A stretch of DNA of 64,000 bases from Raillietiella orientalis (lineage: Eukaryota): positions 2,170,001 through 2,234,000 of the forward strand of contig JAYWIR010000025.1 of NCBI GenBank assembly GCA_036172245.1, read 5' to 3'. Each line of letters opens with the position of its first letter. Position 1 is the first letter of the stretch. Position numbers and translations under genes: made by a program. The notes under the pieces were generated by a model. It was not told the DNA's origin and did not search any database. It was given only the letters and a program-made list of their open reading frames with translations. This document shows, one piece after another, positions 48,889 to 62,900 of this stretch.

Positions 48889-49860
48889 TGGGTATCCATG
48901 GAAACCCGCTACTTCAGGATTCATTCCGCCCATTTGGAAGAAGTTTTCTGCAAACTCAAAAAGTCGAGTACGAGCATTTTCCTCAAGAACAATTTCATCT
49001 TTGCATGCACCGCACACACACTTAACATATCGGAGCAAATGCGTCTTTAATGAGCCCATTTAAATGGCTGTTCACAAGAGTTCCGCTACGCGTTGCGCAC
49101 GCGATGGCCACGAGTCGCGCGTGACTGTGGAGGCGCAGGGGGTCACGCTTTTGCTGCTCATTCGGTTCCCCGACTCGGAGAGATGGCAAACTGGCCAGAA
49201 ACCTGATGGGTGATTAATCGCTAATTCAATTGAGCTTAGCGGCCTAGGGGAGGTGTAGAGCGAGCAATACCTAGGAGTGACTCGTCTAAACATGGTTGCC
49301 ACGGACAGAGAGAGCCTTTTGCTATTGAACCTTTTGGCAGAATCTCTAGTCAACGGATCATGTCCCCAAATTACCCGATGAAATGACGCAATGGAGCGGT
49401 GGGGCCAAAAAAAAAAAAAAAAAGTCACGCCTTTTTCAATCAGTAGCAATTTATCAACTTTGTCAAATAATCAGGAACGATGTAATCGCACATCAAGACG
49501 CCATTACATTACGTTAAGATGTCGTTGCAATCCAAATCGCACCTGGGCTTGTAAAATGCAAGATCCACATACCCCCAACACTTGGGAACACTTATCTCCG
49601 TGTCGCTCGTTTATTTCCATGTTTCCTAAGCTATTCTCCAGCATTCTCGGGAGCTCATAAATCCTGCAGGATAAGATAAAAAAAAAAAAAATGGCAAAAA
49701 ATACACAAGACACACACAAAGAAAGCGGCCAACGTTGAAAGATGCTTTCGAGATTCTGTAAGTCGTCTCTATTTGTACTAAAGATATCTAGGAAAGATAC
49801 AACGAAAATATTCAGTTGGTAGATGAAAAGAATGGGAAATCGTAGAAAAAATAATGAAAG

Positions 49861-49935
49861 AAAAAATAAGAGAAAAAATGAGAGAAAAAAATGAGAGAAA
49901 AAATGAGAGAAAAAAATGAGAGAAAAAAATGAGAG
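49861..49935. repeat. Minisatellite, 6 x (A6-7)TGAGAG (12-13 bp unit)
   Basis: aaaaaataagag aaaaaatgagag aaaaaaatgagag aaaaaatgagag aaaaaaatgagag aaaaaaatgagag. Confidence 0.9.
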
Positions 49936-50029
49936 AAGGAAACAAAAGCAGGCATTGCAGCCTTGCAAAATGCTCATTAAAAAAAATACCCCTACGAAAA
50001 CAGCTTACGAGTGAGTGCTGTTTGCTTTC

Positions 50030-53000
50030 CTTTTAGCTTTGGGTTATCCATTTTGAAGTTCTGAACAGTCCGAAACGGAGCCACTCTTTCAGGGTTCCAG
50101 AGCTACCCGGAAGAAATGCAAATATCAAACCGCGGGCGAACTGCTTCTGGGAACCCAAAGAGGCGCCGCCATTACCGTGCTTGATGTCCGAGTTCGAGAT
50201 GGTGCCCGGGGTGCCTTCTCCCGTTCCCAGACGAAGCGGTGAGGCTTTGGGAGCGTTCCATAACGCGCAGGACGTCGGAAATTCCATGGCCGTTGTTGAC
50301 TTTCGCTGCTGACACCACCTCACCTGTGAGAGCTCCGAAAACTACACGGAACCATCGCAAGATTCTCACAGAGAGCACCTACCGAACGACACCCGCTCCT
50401 TTTCCTCGATCTGTCTTCTGCAGTTGTGTCCTCCCCCAAACCATATGGTGACACTGAGGAAGATGCTCTGCTCCCTTTCCTCCCAACTTACAGGAAAGGA
50501 GTTTCCTGTATCGGGTATTTCATGATGCCCTTGGTAGTCGGCCTATTCTCACACATGGAAAATGTAGTACTGATAGAATCTTACTCCAGAGGATGGCTTT
50601 TGTTATTCCTCTAGTGGTTCACCTACCTCCTCGTGATTTTCTTTTCTTCCTTCCTAATAGTGAAGGCATCCTGTTCTTTCACAGAGCCCATCAACAAGAA
50701 CTCTCCAAGTTACTGACTGCTTGCTTGTCAGACAAGGGGTGATGATTCAAATCGATGGCAAACAGAGGTTGTTTGAACACGGACTTTGGGGATGGCAACG
50801 TTTAGACCCTTTTCTTGAAGGTGTCCCCCAATACTGCCAGCACAGCTTTCGTGAGACAAGGAAACCGAAAGACAAACTTTGTCTGCCAGAATTTAATTGC
50901 ATCGTTATCTTTTAGATTTCAGGTACACAGATTTGATCCTGTGACCTGGTCAGCTCCATAGGAGACGAGTGGATTTTTTCTGTGTGAAAAAGAGCAAGAA
51001 GAAGAAGAAGAAGGCACGTGCAGCAAACTCGCATCCGGTGATCTGGCTTTCTTTGTGGCATGCAAGAATAGCACCAGGAGAACATTCCAGGAACCGATCG
51101 TGGAATTTACCACGGGAGGTAGGAGGGATTCGAAGGGACGATTTTCCCATGTACTTATGAGCCAGCGGCCGCCGAGCGAGGGCAATTCCTCCCTGCATGC
51201 ACTTCGCAAGGGCTTCAGGAAGCAGCAAACTCGCTCTCCTGGCAGCAGGACGCCTACGGAACACGTCCTGGGTGTGTGCGCGTTCCCAACTCGGGCGTCA
51301 AATCAGATTACATCGGCGCGGGAAGAACTCATCCTGTTGTCACCCTCGAAGCAAGTCATTCCCTTCGCAGCAACCTTGATTTTATAGCTAATTTGAAGTT
51401 CATCAGCCTTGGCCAGCCGTGTACAACTGCGAATTATCCCGCGCTGAATGCAATTTGGGAGAACGGATAATAGTGTACAGTGCAAACGCATATGGCTGAT
51501 ACACAAGGGACTCAGCACTGATTCTCAGGGAATTCTTTGATGAAAAGGGAAGGAGGGAATTGTAACTTTCAATCATGATTTATAGCAATAGCAACTAAAA
51601 TGGTATCCAACGAAGAATGAAACAATGAATGAAGATTAATTGAAGATTAAGAAGAAGATGAAGAGGCTGGAAACATTTCGCGAGGACGCCTGCTTTTCCT
51701 GAAGGAATACATTTGTATCCCCTCAAAAGCGAACATTCCTGCTGTCTGAAACGATGGCCAACCCAGTTATCGCAGTGCTGTTCTGCGAGTGGAACGCGCA
51801 TCTTTCGCGAGCCTAAACGTTCATACATGAGAGAGAGCAGCAGCAAGTAGCCATTATGAAATCAGGAAGTCCAGAGGCCACAAAGGCCATTGTATCTGGT
51901 TGAGGGATGCTTCTTCTTTTTTTCCCCGCAACAGACAGAAGAGTGAGATTCATTATGGCTTTTCAAAAGTCCATCCTCTCCCTTCATACCGACGTGTGTC
52001 TCCCACCTCGAGATCAATGCTTTTTTTTTTTTATTATCATTTCAAGTTCATAGGGAAGAGGATGTGAGCAAAGGACATGAGGAAAAAGCAGGTCTCTGAG
52101 AACTCATCCAGAGATGCTTCCCACATCGTTTTCAATTACTGCTGGGAGGGAAGAAGAGGAAGAAGAAGAAACGTCAGTCATATGCTGCATCGCTGTTGGG
52201 GTGGAATTTTAGGGAAGACAGCCCGGAGGCTCTGGGTGCGTTGTGAATCATTTGGTTAAAGAGAACAAGCGTTTCCGAGGTCCCCTCCCGAATTCCTGTC
52301 ACTTTCACGCCTGTTCTAATGTGGATACGCGCATAATCCAATGTTGCGTTGCGTTCCGGTCGAAGAACTCCCAGCAGAACGCCCGTTCCCGAAAAAGATT
52401 TCCGCCTTCCTTCGAAGACGGCCTTCTTCGATTTTGTGCCGACCCTTGGTACGTCCCGGGCTGTTTCGCGAACCGAGTTGTCCGTCACGAAATGACCTGA
52501 AATCATGCCACTGAATCATTTAGGCCTCTCGGAGCAACCTTGAAGAACATGGTGAGCGCGCGTCTGAAAGGAGCAACCTTTTACCTCTGCGTGAAAACCG
52601 TCTTCGCATATCCTCGGCAGAGGATCCTGGAGCTTCTGGCTGCATGAAGGGAGATTCAAGACAAACTCTTAGTGGTTGGCGCACATTCGGGAGGAAGATC
52701 CACTGCCATTGGGTGGGTAGGAACCTGAAGTAGGAACAGACCACGCCCGTGAGCGCCAGCTGATCGAACGGGTAGGTGTGCGGTGGTCCTCCCGAGACAA
52801 GGAAGGTCCAAACGGTTTCCTTCCGAAGGGCACGCTGTCCGGTTGGAACCCTGGCTGCTGACTTCGCAACTCACGCGAATGGCTGGCGGGTCGAAAGAGC
52901 GGAAAGAGCACAGCATCCTTTTCCCCTGCGAACGCGAGGGGAGCCGCACACACACACCGGGAGGCATCGGCTCAGACCCTGCTTTCTTCGGGTCTTGCCT

Positions 53001-53320
53001 TCCTTCCGTTCTTCTGCTTCGTCCAGCGGATCCTCTCTCTTGTTGGACGAATATCAATTGAATCGATTCCCGGGGTTCCTTTCCTGCTCCTCCGGGATCG
53101 ATCGCACGAACTGCCCGCTGCCCGTTACCTTTGATAAGCTCCGCGTGGGATTCAACCGAATCACGTAATTTGATCACACATTTCGTGCTTTGCGATTTCC
53201 TTCTGAAGCATGAAGAGACTTTTGTAATGGTTTCAAACACTCCAGTTGAATGGTCGTTTTCAATGTTTCCTTCCCTTGTCCCTTGCATCCTCCCCAAACC
53301 AAAAATAGGTCTCATCATTC
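50030..53320 (-). mobile_element. Decayed Tx1-like LINE: ORF1 remnant, APE remnant and start of RT
   Basis: ORF1-like PDSVPFGRKP...RAWSVP (~52730-52850); APE-like STWENRPFESLL (~51120-51155); RT start RKSTTAMEFPTSCALW...TLKEWLRFGL (KSPG.DG.P...W...LKNWRPISL). Confidence 0.4.
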
Positions 53321-54059
53321 AGGAGTACGAAATCAATCCGTAAATGGAGAACGCACGTCGAAAAGCAGCGACGCGAAATGCGAGGGGCACTCTAAGGGTT
53401 TGGGCGTACCAAAATGGTAGCTGCAGAGCTATACATTCTAAAAATGATTCCCATATTAATAAAACAATAAATCAGTCATTCACGCGGAAACTGGATTGCA
53501 GCCTCTGAACCATTCAAAACTCCCTGAAATCTGCATCAACAAGTGGGCAGGCAATTATTTTCGAAATTGTAGAAAAGCGGAAGTGGCTGCTTGACGTGGA
53601 ATGGCTTTGAGCATCCCCCCCCCCCTTCTTTTCCTCGATGCATCAGGGGAAACAAAAAGGAGCATCAGTTGTCATCTTGCTTAAATTATTACTGCCTCCA
53701 CGAACAAGCTCGCAATATCTGTTACTACGTCACTTGGTCTTCTGCATGGTAAAAAATTGTATGAATTTATTTTCTTTTGTACCTTCGGATTTTTTTTTCT
53801 TTCTTTCTTTCTTTCTTCCTTTTTTTTGCAAATTTATTACGTTTCCATCATGTTTTTTTTTTTTTTTTGGAGGGAAGGGGTAGTCGAAGATAACGAGAAC
53901 TTTCATTCAAAGGCTGAAGTTTTCAGGCCCCCTTTCAATCGATGCTCCATCGGAACGTTCAGTCTGGATAAAAAGACCGTCACACCCAAGAACGATTGAC
54001 ACCGGGATCCGATTCTCTGAATTCATCAGTCAGACAGAAAGAGGTTTCAATCCTTGCTT

Positions 54060-54400
54060 TATTTACACGCAAAGGGGAGGGGGGGAGGAAGGGAGAGGCC
54101 ACCTCGAAGTTTGATGTTAAGTTTTCGAAAGTTTCCATTATGCCTTCTTCCCGTCGCTGCGTTCCTCACTTCGCGCCCGAATGGTGCAGCGTCTTCCCTG
54201 ACAGTGTGCTTGGATTCGAGATGATTTATTAGGATGGATACCTGACTCTCGGACACTGCTTTGGTGTTCAGTTGGCAGTAACGAATACCCGGGAGCACCT
54301 CGTATTCCGGCTGATTTCCTAAGCATCCGCGGAGGCTGGATGGAGACCTGCTCATTAACCCAACTCATTCCCGTCGAGCCTCCGGCTTATCATGCGTCAC
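54060..54400 (-). mobile_element. Tx1/L1-type ORF1 relic
   Basis: VSILINHLESKHTVREDAAPFGREVRNAATGRRHNGNFRKLNIKLRGGLSLP resembles the Tx1 ORF1 pattern V.+..P......L..FG.V......NG.R.+.+.L....P. Confidence 0.45.
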
Positions 54401-56842
54401 TTGAGGATGTTGTGTACCAAAAATGCTCCATCGCAGACAAATCGTTTGCCGACGAGACGGCTTTCGCAATGGAAACGCCAGCGCGTACTTTGGGATTTTT
54501 CTTTTCTTTTCGTGCTCCCCCGAACGCTGAACCTTTGCTGCCTCTCATGGCAGTGAGCGAGGGGACGTAATGAACCCAACGAGCCCCCACCTCAGATTCA
54601 TCACATGTTAATCCAACATAATCATAATGGTGGTAATAATAATGATGACAATAATAAACATTTCACTTTCTGTTACGTCGCTATACCAATCTTGTCTCTG
54701 AGAAGCAATACTGATTAATCATCGAAAACAAATACAGACTGAATCGGAACTTTCTTTCTTTCCTTTTTCTTCTTCTTCCTTTTTTTTTCCCCTCAGCAGT
54801 CAAGTTCTAGTTGGAAACATTTGGCAAGCAAAGCCATTTATTTCATGGAACGATTCGATTGAAAACTTGTTTACTCTGGGTAAGAATCGTGTTTTTTTTT
54901 TTTGTACATTCTGACGTAAAGGAAGGGCAAAAAAACACACACACACACACACGCGCGCGCTCGCGCGCGCCCACTTTTATTTAGGACCATCCATTTCTGT
55001 CTATTGATTCATGACCATACAAATTTTCAGTAGACGTACTTTGTATTTAATATCCTTCTACGTGCTCCAGAGGAAAAAAAAAAGTGACAGGAGGAAGAGA
55101 GAGGTATTCTGGGGACCTCGGCAGTTTCCTAAGACCACTGGAATTGAGACCTGAGGCGTGCAAGAACGCAGTGATCTTCCTGTGAAGCAGAGCTCAATCC
55201 TCTTTGCTTATAAATGTTCGATCTTTCATCTTATAAAGTGGATGTGTAATCTAAGAGATTCTGCTGAGGAGAGCCGAAACGAAAATGTATGCGGATGACG
55301 CTTATCAGAGCTTGGATCTTGAGAGCGATGGCGGAGGGAAGGGAACCCGAAATTTTAAAACGAGATTCGTCATTATTTGGATAAATTGCTTTTGACGTCC
55401 ATTTTTATGGAAGCAGCTGCGATATCGACCTATGTAAATCGGATCTCTCTCTCCTTGCGCGTGTGGTTTCATCTTAATTCCCACTCCCTTTTTTTGCAGA
55501 ACACTTTGTGCTTTCTCCCGAAGCACTATTCCGTACCAGAATTTGGATACCCGAGTGATGTTGGTGGGTTGAAAAATGACGAAGGGATGGCCTCGAGCGC
55601 AGGGTGGATTCTGTACTCTGTAGGCAAGAACGGGGCTGCAAACCACCAGCAGTTTGAAGAACTGGCCGGAGACGGGTCGAAGGTCCTCTTCGGTGTGTGC
55701 CGAAGACCAGCGGCGGCATCCACAGATACTGCACTGTGGAACGCGAATCGGAACGTTTGCCATATGGACCCGGGTGAGCCAGTAAATGCTGCGAAACGGC
55801 GGTGGTACTTAAAAGTTCTTCCGAGGAAAACAGAGGAACGCTGGCGAAAGAAAGTCACGGGCGAACGTTCTCCTGCGGCCACTCGGTGCGGTCCAGGGAG
55901 GACCACTCCGCGTTTCGCCATCGAGTAGGAGGAAATTTCCATCGGATCATGCGAACGGCTCAACAGCACCTATAGGACCCATAAGATGTGATCATGAAGC
56001 AGCAGCACGCCGCCGGTGTGTTCCCAGGGAAAGAGAGTCGCCGAGCACTTGTGAGCATTTTTAAGCAGTCCATTTGACAAGAGATTCAATTCAGTGCTTC
56101 CGACAAAAGCATCCTCCACCGATGTCGACGATTTTTTCCTCTGTGATGCAGGGAATCATTTGTTACACTTTGTCAACTCTTTTTGTTAACTTGTTTCATC
56201 AATTCTCGATCCGAGATCACATTTTCTTGCTGTTCGAAGAAACAAAGGCAGACAATGGGGGAGGAAGGCTGAGGAAAAATAGGCGCGGTGGCTCGGAAAA
56301 CTTCTGTGAACTTGGACGCTGTCGCCCGCATAAAGTCGCTCATTGCCAGAATTGATGATGACGCGTAGTTTTCTCTTTTTTTCTTTTCTCTCTCTCTCTC
56401 TTTTTTTTTTTTTTCTAGTTTTCATCAAAAGTGAAGTTGAAAGTTTTATTGAAATATGGACCTTTCGATGATTTTTCAAAACTCGAACACGTGATCGCAG
56501 CTTTCTAATGCACCGAATGATTTATAGCGTTTCTCAAAATGCACAAGTTCTCAGTTTCACTTTATCATGATTCCGTTGCCGTCACCGCGTAGCTTGCGAC
56601 CGTACGTCATGATGATGATTCCGTAGCCTGCGTGGGTGAAGGGCTTTGCTTGCAGGGCAAACGAAGCGTGGCATACAGTACTAATTGTCAACCGGATCCA
56701 TGCCGCTGGGGCATAAAAGAGTACTCGCATCCGTGCCCGTGCAATATGTGATGCTACACTTGATATTTTGTTGGATACTTGGAGCATCGGGAGAAACAGG
56801 GGGAAGAGGAAGAGGAATCGAAGAAAACCGAAACACATTTGC

Positions 56843-56868
<26 letters not shown>
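56843..56868. repeat. (GA)n microsatellite, about 13 units
   Basis: Read directly. Confidence 0.9.
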
Positions 56869-56873
<5 letters not shown>

Positions 56874-57196
56874 ATCATTTCGTTTGGAAAATCGTTCTAT
56901 GGGACTACTTTTCTACGTTATTACGAACGAACCAATCCTCCTGCAGCTGGAAAGAAATTAATTTCTATTATCCATAACCTGCTAATACTCGGTCCGAGCA
57001 AACGCGACTTCGTTTCCAGGAAAACCAGCAACCACGCCTGTTTGTTTTGCTTTCTCCTTTGGCGCAGGCTAATTTTTAAAATGTTTCATCTGACTGAGCA
57101 AACAAGAGGGAACCATAGAGGGTTACATCGAGGAAACTCTATGCAACCACGAACGATAATTATCATCATCTTTTAAACGGGTACTCCTCTTATATA

Positions 57197-57569
57197 GACG
57201 AGGTGCATTTCAAGAGTAAGGGCGGATCGGGTGTAAAGAAAGAACAAATAAGAGAAACGAGAATGCACCCGTGGTTCTAAGCACATGGCATCCCCCCATG
57301 TCATTTTTCTACGTAGTCCCCATTTTTCCCCAAACACTTTCGAACGCGTGGAAGGGGTTTTTTCAGCCCTCTGCATCGAATTCCGCCGCCTGGGCGTCCA
57401 GCCAGTTCAGCAGCACCGCAGTTTTCCACTCCCCACTTGCCCCCTCGAATCGCCGAGCCACCTCTTTAGGTGCACGAAGAAAGACGTGGTAGTCACTGAG
57501 CGCGAGGTCGGGGTCGGGTGGTCAAAAACTTCTCATTTGAATTTCCGAATTGCCTGCCATGTGCGGACA
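57197..57569 (-). mobile_element. Mariner transposon 3' fragment with TIR (copy 2)
   Basis: Collinear with 10987-11352; ...GKNGDYVEK* stop at 57301-57303; TIR-like GACGAGGTGCATTTCAAGAGTAA next to a TATATA run. Confidence 0.85.
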
Positions 57570-57842
57570 CGTAAATATACAGTCAGCTTTCTCTTTCGGT
57601 GAAGTGATTGGCATTAGCAAAGTGTCGCATGCCTTGAACTCTTAATTCGCTTCTTATGACTTTGTTTCATCCATAATCATAGATTCGATCCCTTGCTGAA
57701 GAAAGGTGCGTGAAGAAGCGTGGTCAGCAATGGCAACAAACAAACATTACTTTGTGTTATAGGAAGAAGGCTGCAAAGTGGAATGGCTTTCTTTTACAGA
57801 CGATGAGTCACCTGAGGGCATCTTTCGGAATGAAGAAAGATA

Positions 57843-57847
<5 letters not shown>

Positions 57848-57907
<60 letters not shown>
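57848..57907. repeat. (CA)n microsatellite, about 30 units
   Basis: Read directly. Confidence 0.95.
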
Positions 57908-57909
<2 letters not shown>

Positions 57910-58449
57910 GCGGGCACACAAAAAGTTTCGCAACATTCGAAACAAATTCCTGTGCTGGAAGAAGCAGGTTTGCTTGATTCAGATTTGCATCCGATCCATC
58001 TGGTTTCTTGGCTGGGGAAGGAATGAGGGGGTAGGGGGTGGGGGGGATTTGAAAAAATCCCCCTTTCCTCCTCCTTGTCCCGCAGGAGAAAGCAATTTAC
58101 GAAACGCGTTTCCTCTGTTTACGATCCAAGAGCATTCGTATCCCTCCGGAGTGCAGCGTGTGCATCAAAAGTCAAAGCATCAGGACTGCGAGAATTCCGT
58201 CTCGGAAGTGTTGGATTTGGTTTGACTCATTCACGGCTTCCGGCTAGGCGAGGAGCCATCCAGGGAAAGATTACTGCAGCTACGAAGGCAGGCAGCTGTC
58301 CTCTTTATATGCTTGCTGCCTTAAGTTCAATTTTAATGACGTGCAAAGTTGAAGTAAAATGACCGTTGAACGATGATCGCTCTCGATGCAAGTCCGGGGG
58401 GAAGTCGGGGAGCACTGGGATTCAGTGTAATCGATGTGAGACATGCGTT

Positions 58450-61400
58450 GGATGAATAGCAGGATGGCTTGGCACTTCCTGGGCTGCCGTCTTAAATTGA
58501 AAGAGAGCTCTGGGATTCCTTGAACCCACTTCTGTGATCATCTGGGTGCAGATTTTAAGCAGACGCCGTGTTTCCCACGATACCAAGTCCGAATCAGAAC
58601 GTTCCAAAGAGAAATCCTGCGTGCTGAGTTGACCTTTGTGGTCCCCGAATGCAGTTTTCGAACCACGACATACGCCAAGAAATCCTTCCCAGGAAATTAC
58701 ATGAAACCAAAGAGTTAGACTGAATCTTTGGAACGAGAGCAGACGCCGAAAATTTAAATATTCCAATACCTATTGTATTTTTCGACTTTCATCATTTTCT
58801 TCTATCACCTGTTATCCTAATATCTATTCTGATTTTGGAAATTTGCGTTCAGCATTGGACTCTTTTGTGTATGTGTGTGTGTGTGTGTAAGGGGGTCCCT
58901 TGTACGGGTTTTGCCTTCATTTTCGTACGCCGTCTAATTCGTCATGCCATGAGGAAATCATGAGTTCCATCATCGTCTTCCTGAAACTTCGAAGGCGTGT
59001 CTGCACTTCAGGATGACGTGGTTGTGTGTGCTTGAAGTCAACGTTCTTGACCGAAAGCTGTGTTTGTCTTCTTTTGACGGTGCGCTTTCACCTGGGAACA
59101 GTCTGTTTTGTGTTCCCGTTCTCGTAATCGTTAAGGATGTACGACATCCCGCTCCTTTTCGAGAGCCTAATTAAAAAGAATGCTTTCAGTCATTTTTCCC
59201 CCCTCCCTTCCTCCAGTACGGCCTCGTACGCTCGGCGGCCACACTCGCGAGTTCATGTGCTCTGCTTTCTGCCTGAGATGGCATTTGTCGTTTCCGTCTT
59301 CGTTGACCGAAGGACTCCTGAACAACAACAAGAAAAGCATCGCAGAGAGATGAAAGCAAGGACAGCGACAAACAGTGCTCAGTTTCCTGTTCCCCTAGCG
59401 ATACAGATTCATCTACAGCAACAACATCCATTGCGAGCCCTAGACAAACATCTTCGATCCGGAGTCATGTCTCCGGATAAGTGCAGCACTTGTCTCGACC
59501 GCAGATCCATGTTGATGAGCGCTGGCGAAAGGTGACGCCCGTGGAGTTCTCCACCGAATGTTTTCATCCTTGATCTGATCGCGGGAGTTACAGCAAATTC
59601 CCGGTAATCTTCTCCTTCCTTAATTCCTCCGGCGTACGGGCTGCACGGAGAGCACTCGTTACGGGCGGTTACATTCCGCAGGAAGCCCGTGGTCTCGCGT
59701 TGTTACTTCCTTTCGGAAGTGGACGAAAGCCCATTCGGGAGTGTCCGAAGAGAGAAATCATGGATAGGAATGGAGGCGGGCACCTCGGAGGACAAACCAG
59801 ACGAGGCTGTGCCTGGATTTGCTCTTCCTTTTCACTATGCCCCATCAGGCCTTTCGCCCGAGAGAACCATCGTTTGTTTTCCGCTTGACCCAACCTGTCT
59901 GTCCTTCGTCCGTCTCGGTTCGTTTCACCTGGTTTCGGTTTCACTCAGCGCCCTGGGTGGTTTGTCGGCAGACTGGACGAGCTTCGATTGCAGCAGTCAG
60001 CTCTTTTCTTTGAGATCTAACTGGAAATCTGTCCCATCTGTGCGTCAGTCCTCCCCATTGTCTGAGGTGACCAGTGCTGAGTAGCAGCAACTTTCCAGGC
60101 GATTCCCCGCCAGCTCTCCGAGCTGCATCTTTCTGTCTTGTACTTCCTCAGCTGGGCGTGGAAATTTCTTCTGAAGTTCAGAGTGTTTGTATCAGATTTT
60201 CTTCCAGGCTGGGGAGAGGCACTATGGCAGTTTCTGCCATTTATGCAGTTGGTGCCTCTGTGGTCCCTCTTTTGGTACTCCGGAAGTACCTTTCCTTTCT
60301 TTCTCGACTCTGGAGCTTCTCCCGAAAGCCTGGTCGCGTATTCCTTTCTCCTATGCATGTGCTGTACGCGGCAAGCTCTTGGGCCTTATGTGCTTCTTGT
60401 TCTGATCGGAGAGTCGTCGACCCAGTTGCTCCTTTTCCTCATAGGTTGAGGGGTTGTTACGCTCAGGACAGGGATTCCACCTCACGTCTGTGATTTCGGA
60501 GTTGTTTGGACAGGTTTTGGGGATCAAGGAGTTTCAGCATTGGTTCGTTTCCGGATGCATTCTCTCCTCTGAGGGAGGGAATCAGAATCTCCCATCCATC
60601 CGTGTACCAGAGCGATAAAGCGGATTCTCAGAGCAGTTTGGCTTTTCTAAACGGAACCCTTCGATGTTCGACCGACGACGCTGCTTCAGAGTGTCCTGGA
60701 GCTGTGTTGCATGTCGTTCCATTCGCCCCGAGGCATGCTTCCTAGTCTGATCGTGGGAGCTGATGTGTTTGTGCTGGAACCAGACTCGAAGCTGACCAGC
60801 GCTTCTCTTTTAGCTCATTAATGCTAAATGAGAAGGTGGTACGTACGTTCCTTCGACCATTGAGGAAGTCTAGCTTTTCCAGAGTGGTTTCTGGGGACGG
60901 TAGTCAGACTTGCGGTCTCCTCAGGAAACATCACACAGTCGGTTCCCCATTCTGGGAACTGAACGTGTGATGTCACAGAACCCCGATGCCAAGGAACGCA
61001 GTTGTCTAAGGAATCGAGTATCATTGTGGGCTTCATTTCGAGCTGTTGAGACCTTGCTGCAGAGATGCTTCTTTGGCATCTTCTCGTTCCTCTGTTTGAT
61101 CTGCTTCTGCAATGTCTCTCCATCCAATCTTGGGAAACGTAGTTTCCTTCTGTGGACTGAACTCATTGAAGGATTCGGGACACAGAATCATCCTTGAAAT
61201 CAGTTGGGTGATGGCCTCCGGCAATCCGCTTTGCAACTTCCTTTGAGGATCGAATCAGACATCCACCAGTTACCTAGGGAAGGTGCATCGCATCGACTTC
61301 CCCATCCTGACTGGAGATCACCTCCACTCTGAATCCTTGCTTCTTGTTTTTCCTTCCATTTTCCACAATGCCTTGACTGAACCGAAAGGGTGGAGATGGG

Positions 61401-62900
61401 CACTCCGCGCTCACCGCAGCTGGCAGGTATCTCCGACGGCTTCTCTTCCAAGGGGGGTGCAGCAAGACGTGTCACGAGTTCCTGCCAGAGGATCCTCTGC
61501 CCAGCACCTTGTTCACAGTAGGCGGTGAAAGAAAATTCCTCTGCCACGCCAAGGGGGCTTTGGCACTCCGTCGAAGGCGCTGGATTCCTTCTCCGGCGGA
61601 TCCGCGAGATCCAGTCGGAAGGTTTACTCCCATTGGATTTCCATTAGCTCCTCTGCATAGTTGTTCTTTTCAGCCAACAGTCAGAAGGATTTCGTCATTT
61701 TCACTTTTCCGTAGAGCCAGGAAGGGCTTGGCCGACGGAAAAGTCCCTTTTTATGCTTCCTTTTTTGCTTTGTTCTCTCCCCTTTTCCACCGATTTACCG
61801 GGATCACCGAGCTTGTCTTTTCCTCGCAGGGGGGAGGCAGCCTGCCGTCGGCACGAGTCCAGCCACCCTGCCCAGCACTGCAGGAGCAGCCGCTGCAGTG
61901 AATGTGCTCCGTTTCGAATGAGCTTCGAGTGGGTTAGAGTCTGCTGCTCTCCTGTTTCCCACTTCCGACACGAATAAGGATGAACAAGCAAACGGAATTC
62001 CGGAGCGGATTTTGCAGCACTCACTGCTGCAGAGCTGGTGCTCTTCCACATGACTCTGGAGCCACCCTCGATGAGACCTCGAAACGTGTTACTGCCAAAA
62101 GGGAAAAGAAGAGAGAAGGAAAAAGCGAGAGCTCGGAACTTTACTGAAACACCTGTGACATGTGGCACGCGATTTTCTCAAAACGTACAGACGTGGAAGA
62201 ATCGTCAGGAAACCCGCAGCTCAGAGTCCTCGAAGTGCAAGTTGAGGATGGGAAAGCAGAGTCCTCCTCGCCTTCCAGTCTGCCAAAAACACACGGAAAA
62301 AAACCCTTTATTCGTGGACCTGCAGGTGCGGCTGGAAAGCCGTGGAACCTCAAGGCGATTTCCTGGATCCTCATTCGGAGGGGGGCTGGTACTCCTGACT
62401 GAAAAAAAAAAAAAAAGCGTGAAACTGCAATGCCGAGAGCCGGGGAGAAGTGAGTTTTTCACCGGCACTGGCATCTCGGTTGATCAATGGGCCATCATTA
62501 GGGTCGTTCCTGCATCAAGAGGACTCCGGCAAAACACGCTTTCACTTGATGTCCCACCTGGCACTCTTCGTCTTCTTAGGAGGAAAATAGGAAAAAGCAA
62601 AGAAGATAACGTGCAACTGTCCACCTAAATCTCTTAAACGGCACTCAGATTTCTTGCTGGTGGATTCGTAACAAATGGGCTCCAATGCTTCCTCAACACT
62701 TCCTGATTTTCGGCATCCGGAGCCTAAGTGTTTGTCCTCACATCTTTCAAACTCCCAAAGAAGCTTCGGTTCCTCATTCGAGAACTGTGCCGTTTGTCTT
62801 CCTCCATCCGGAGCAACTGGTCTCTCACCGACTCGCTGGGTGCCTTCCCGAATTGCACGTTTCCGGGTTTTGAGCACCTTGAGATACGTTGGGCGAGGCA
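58450..62900 (-). mobile_element. Decayed near-full-length Tx1-like LINE (ORF1 knuckle, APE, linker, RT, post-RT)
   Basis: ORF1 QFSNEEPKLLWEFERCEDKHLGSGC (Y.GQP..C..C...GH...C); APE MILDSLDNCV (GDFNC); linker KVLPEYQKR...NFHAQL; RT ALINMDL; post-RT ALVPKIQ...FSLERS/GLGIV. All in the expected order on one strand. Confidence 0.5.

Noticed and set aside
49861..49935. Regularly spaced repeat considered as a CRISPR-like array
   Set aside because: No spacers; a simple minisatellite in eukaryotic DNA with no cas genes.
50624..50640. ACCTCCTCGTG resembling the P3/L3 of R2 HDV-like ribozymes
   Set aside because: The complementary P3 strand and P1/P2 pairings are absent, and it is not at an R2 5' end.
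55450..55900. Possible Tx1 C-terminal relic (QTFRFAFHSAVSV...SNCW) or gene ORF 55377-55928
   Set aside because: Knuckle residues are not recoverable and no frame gives a recognisable domain.
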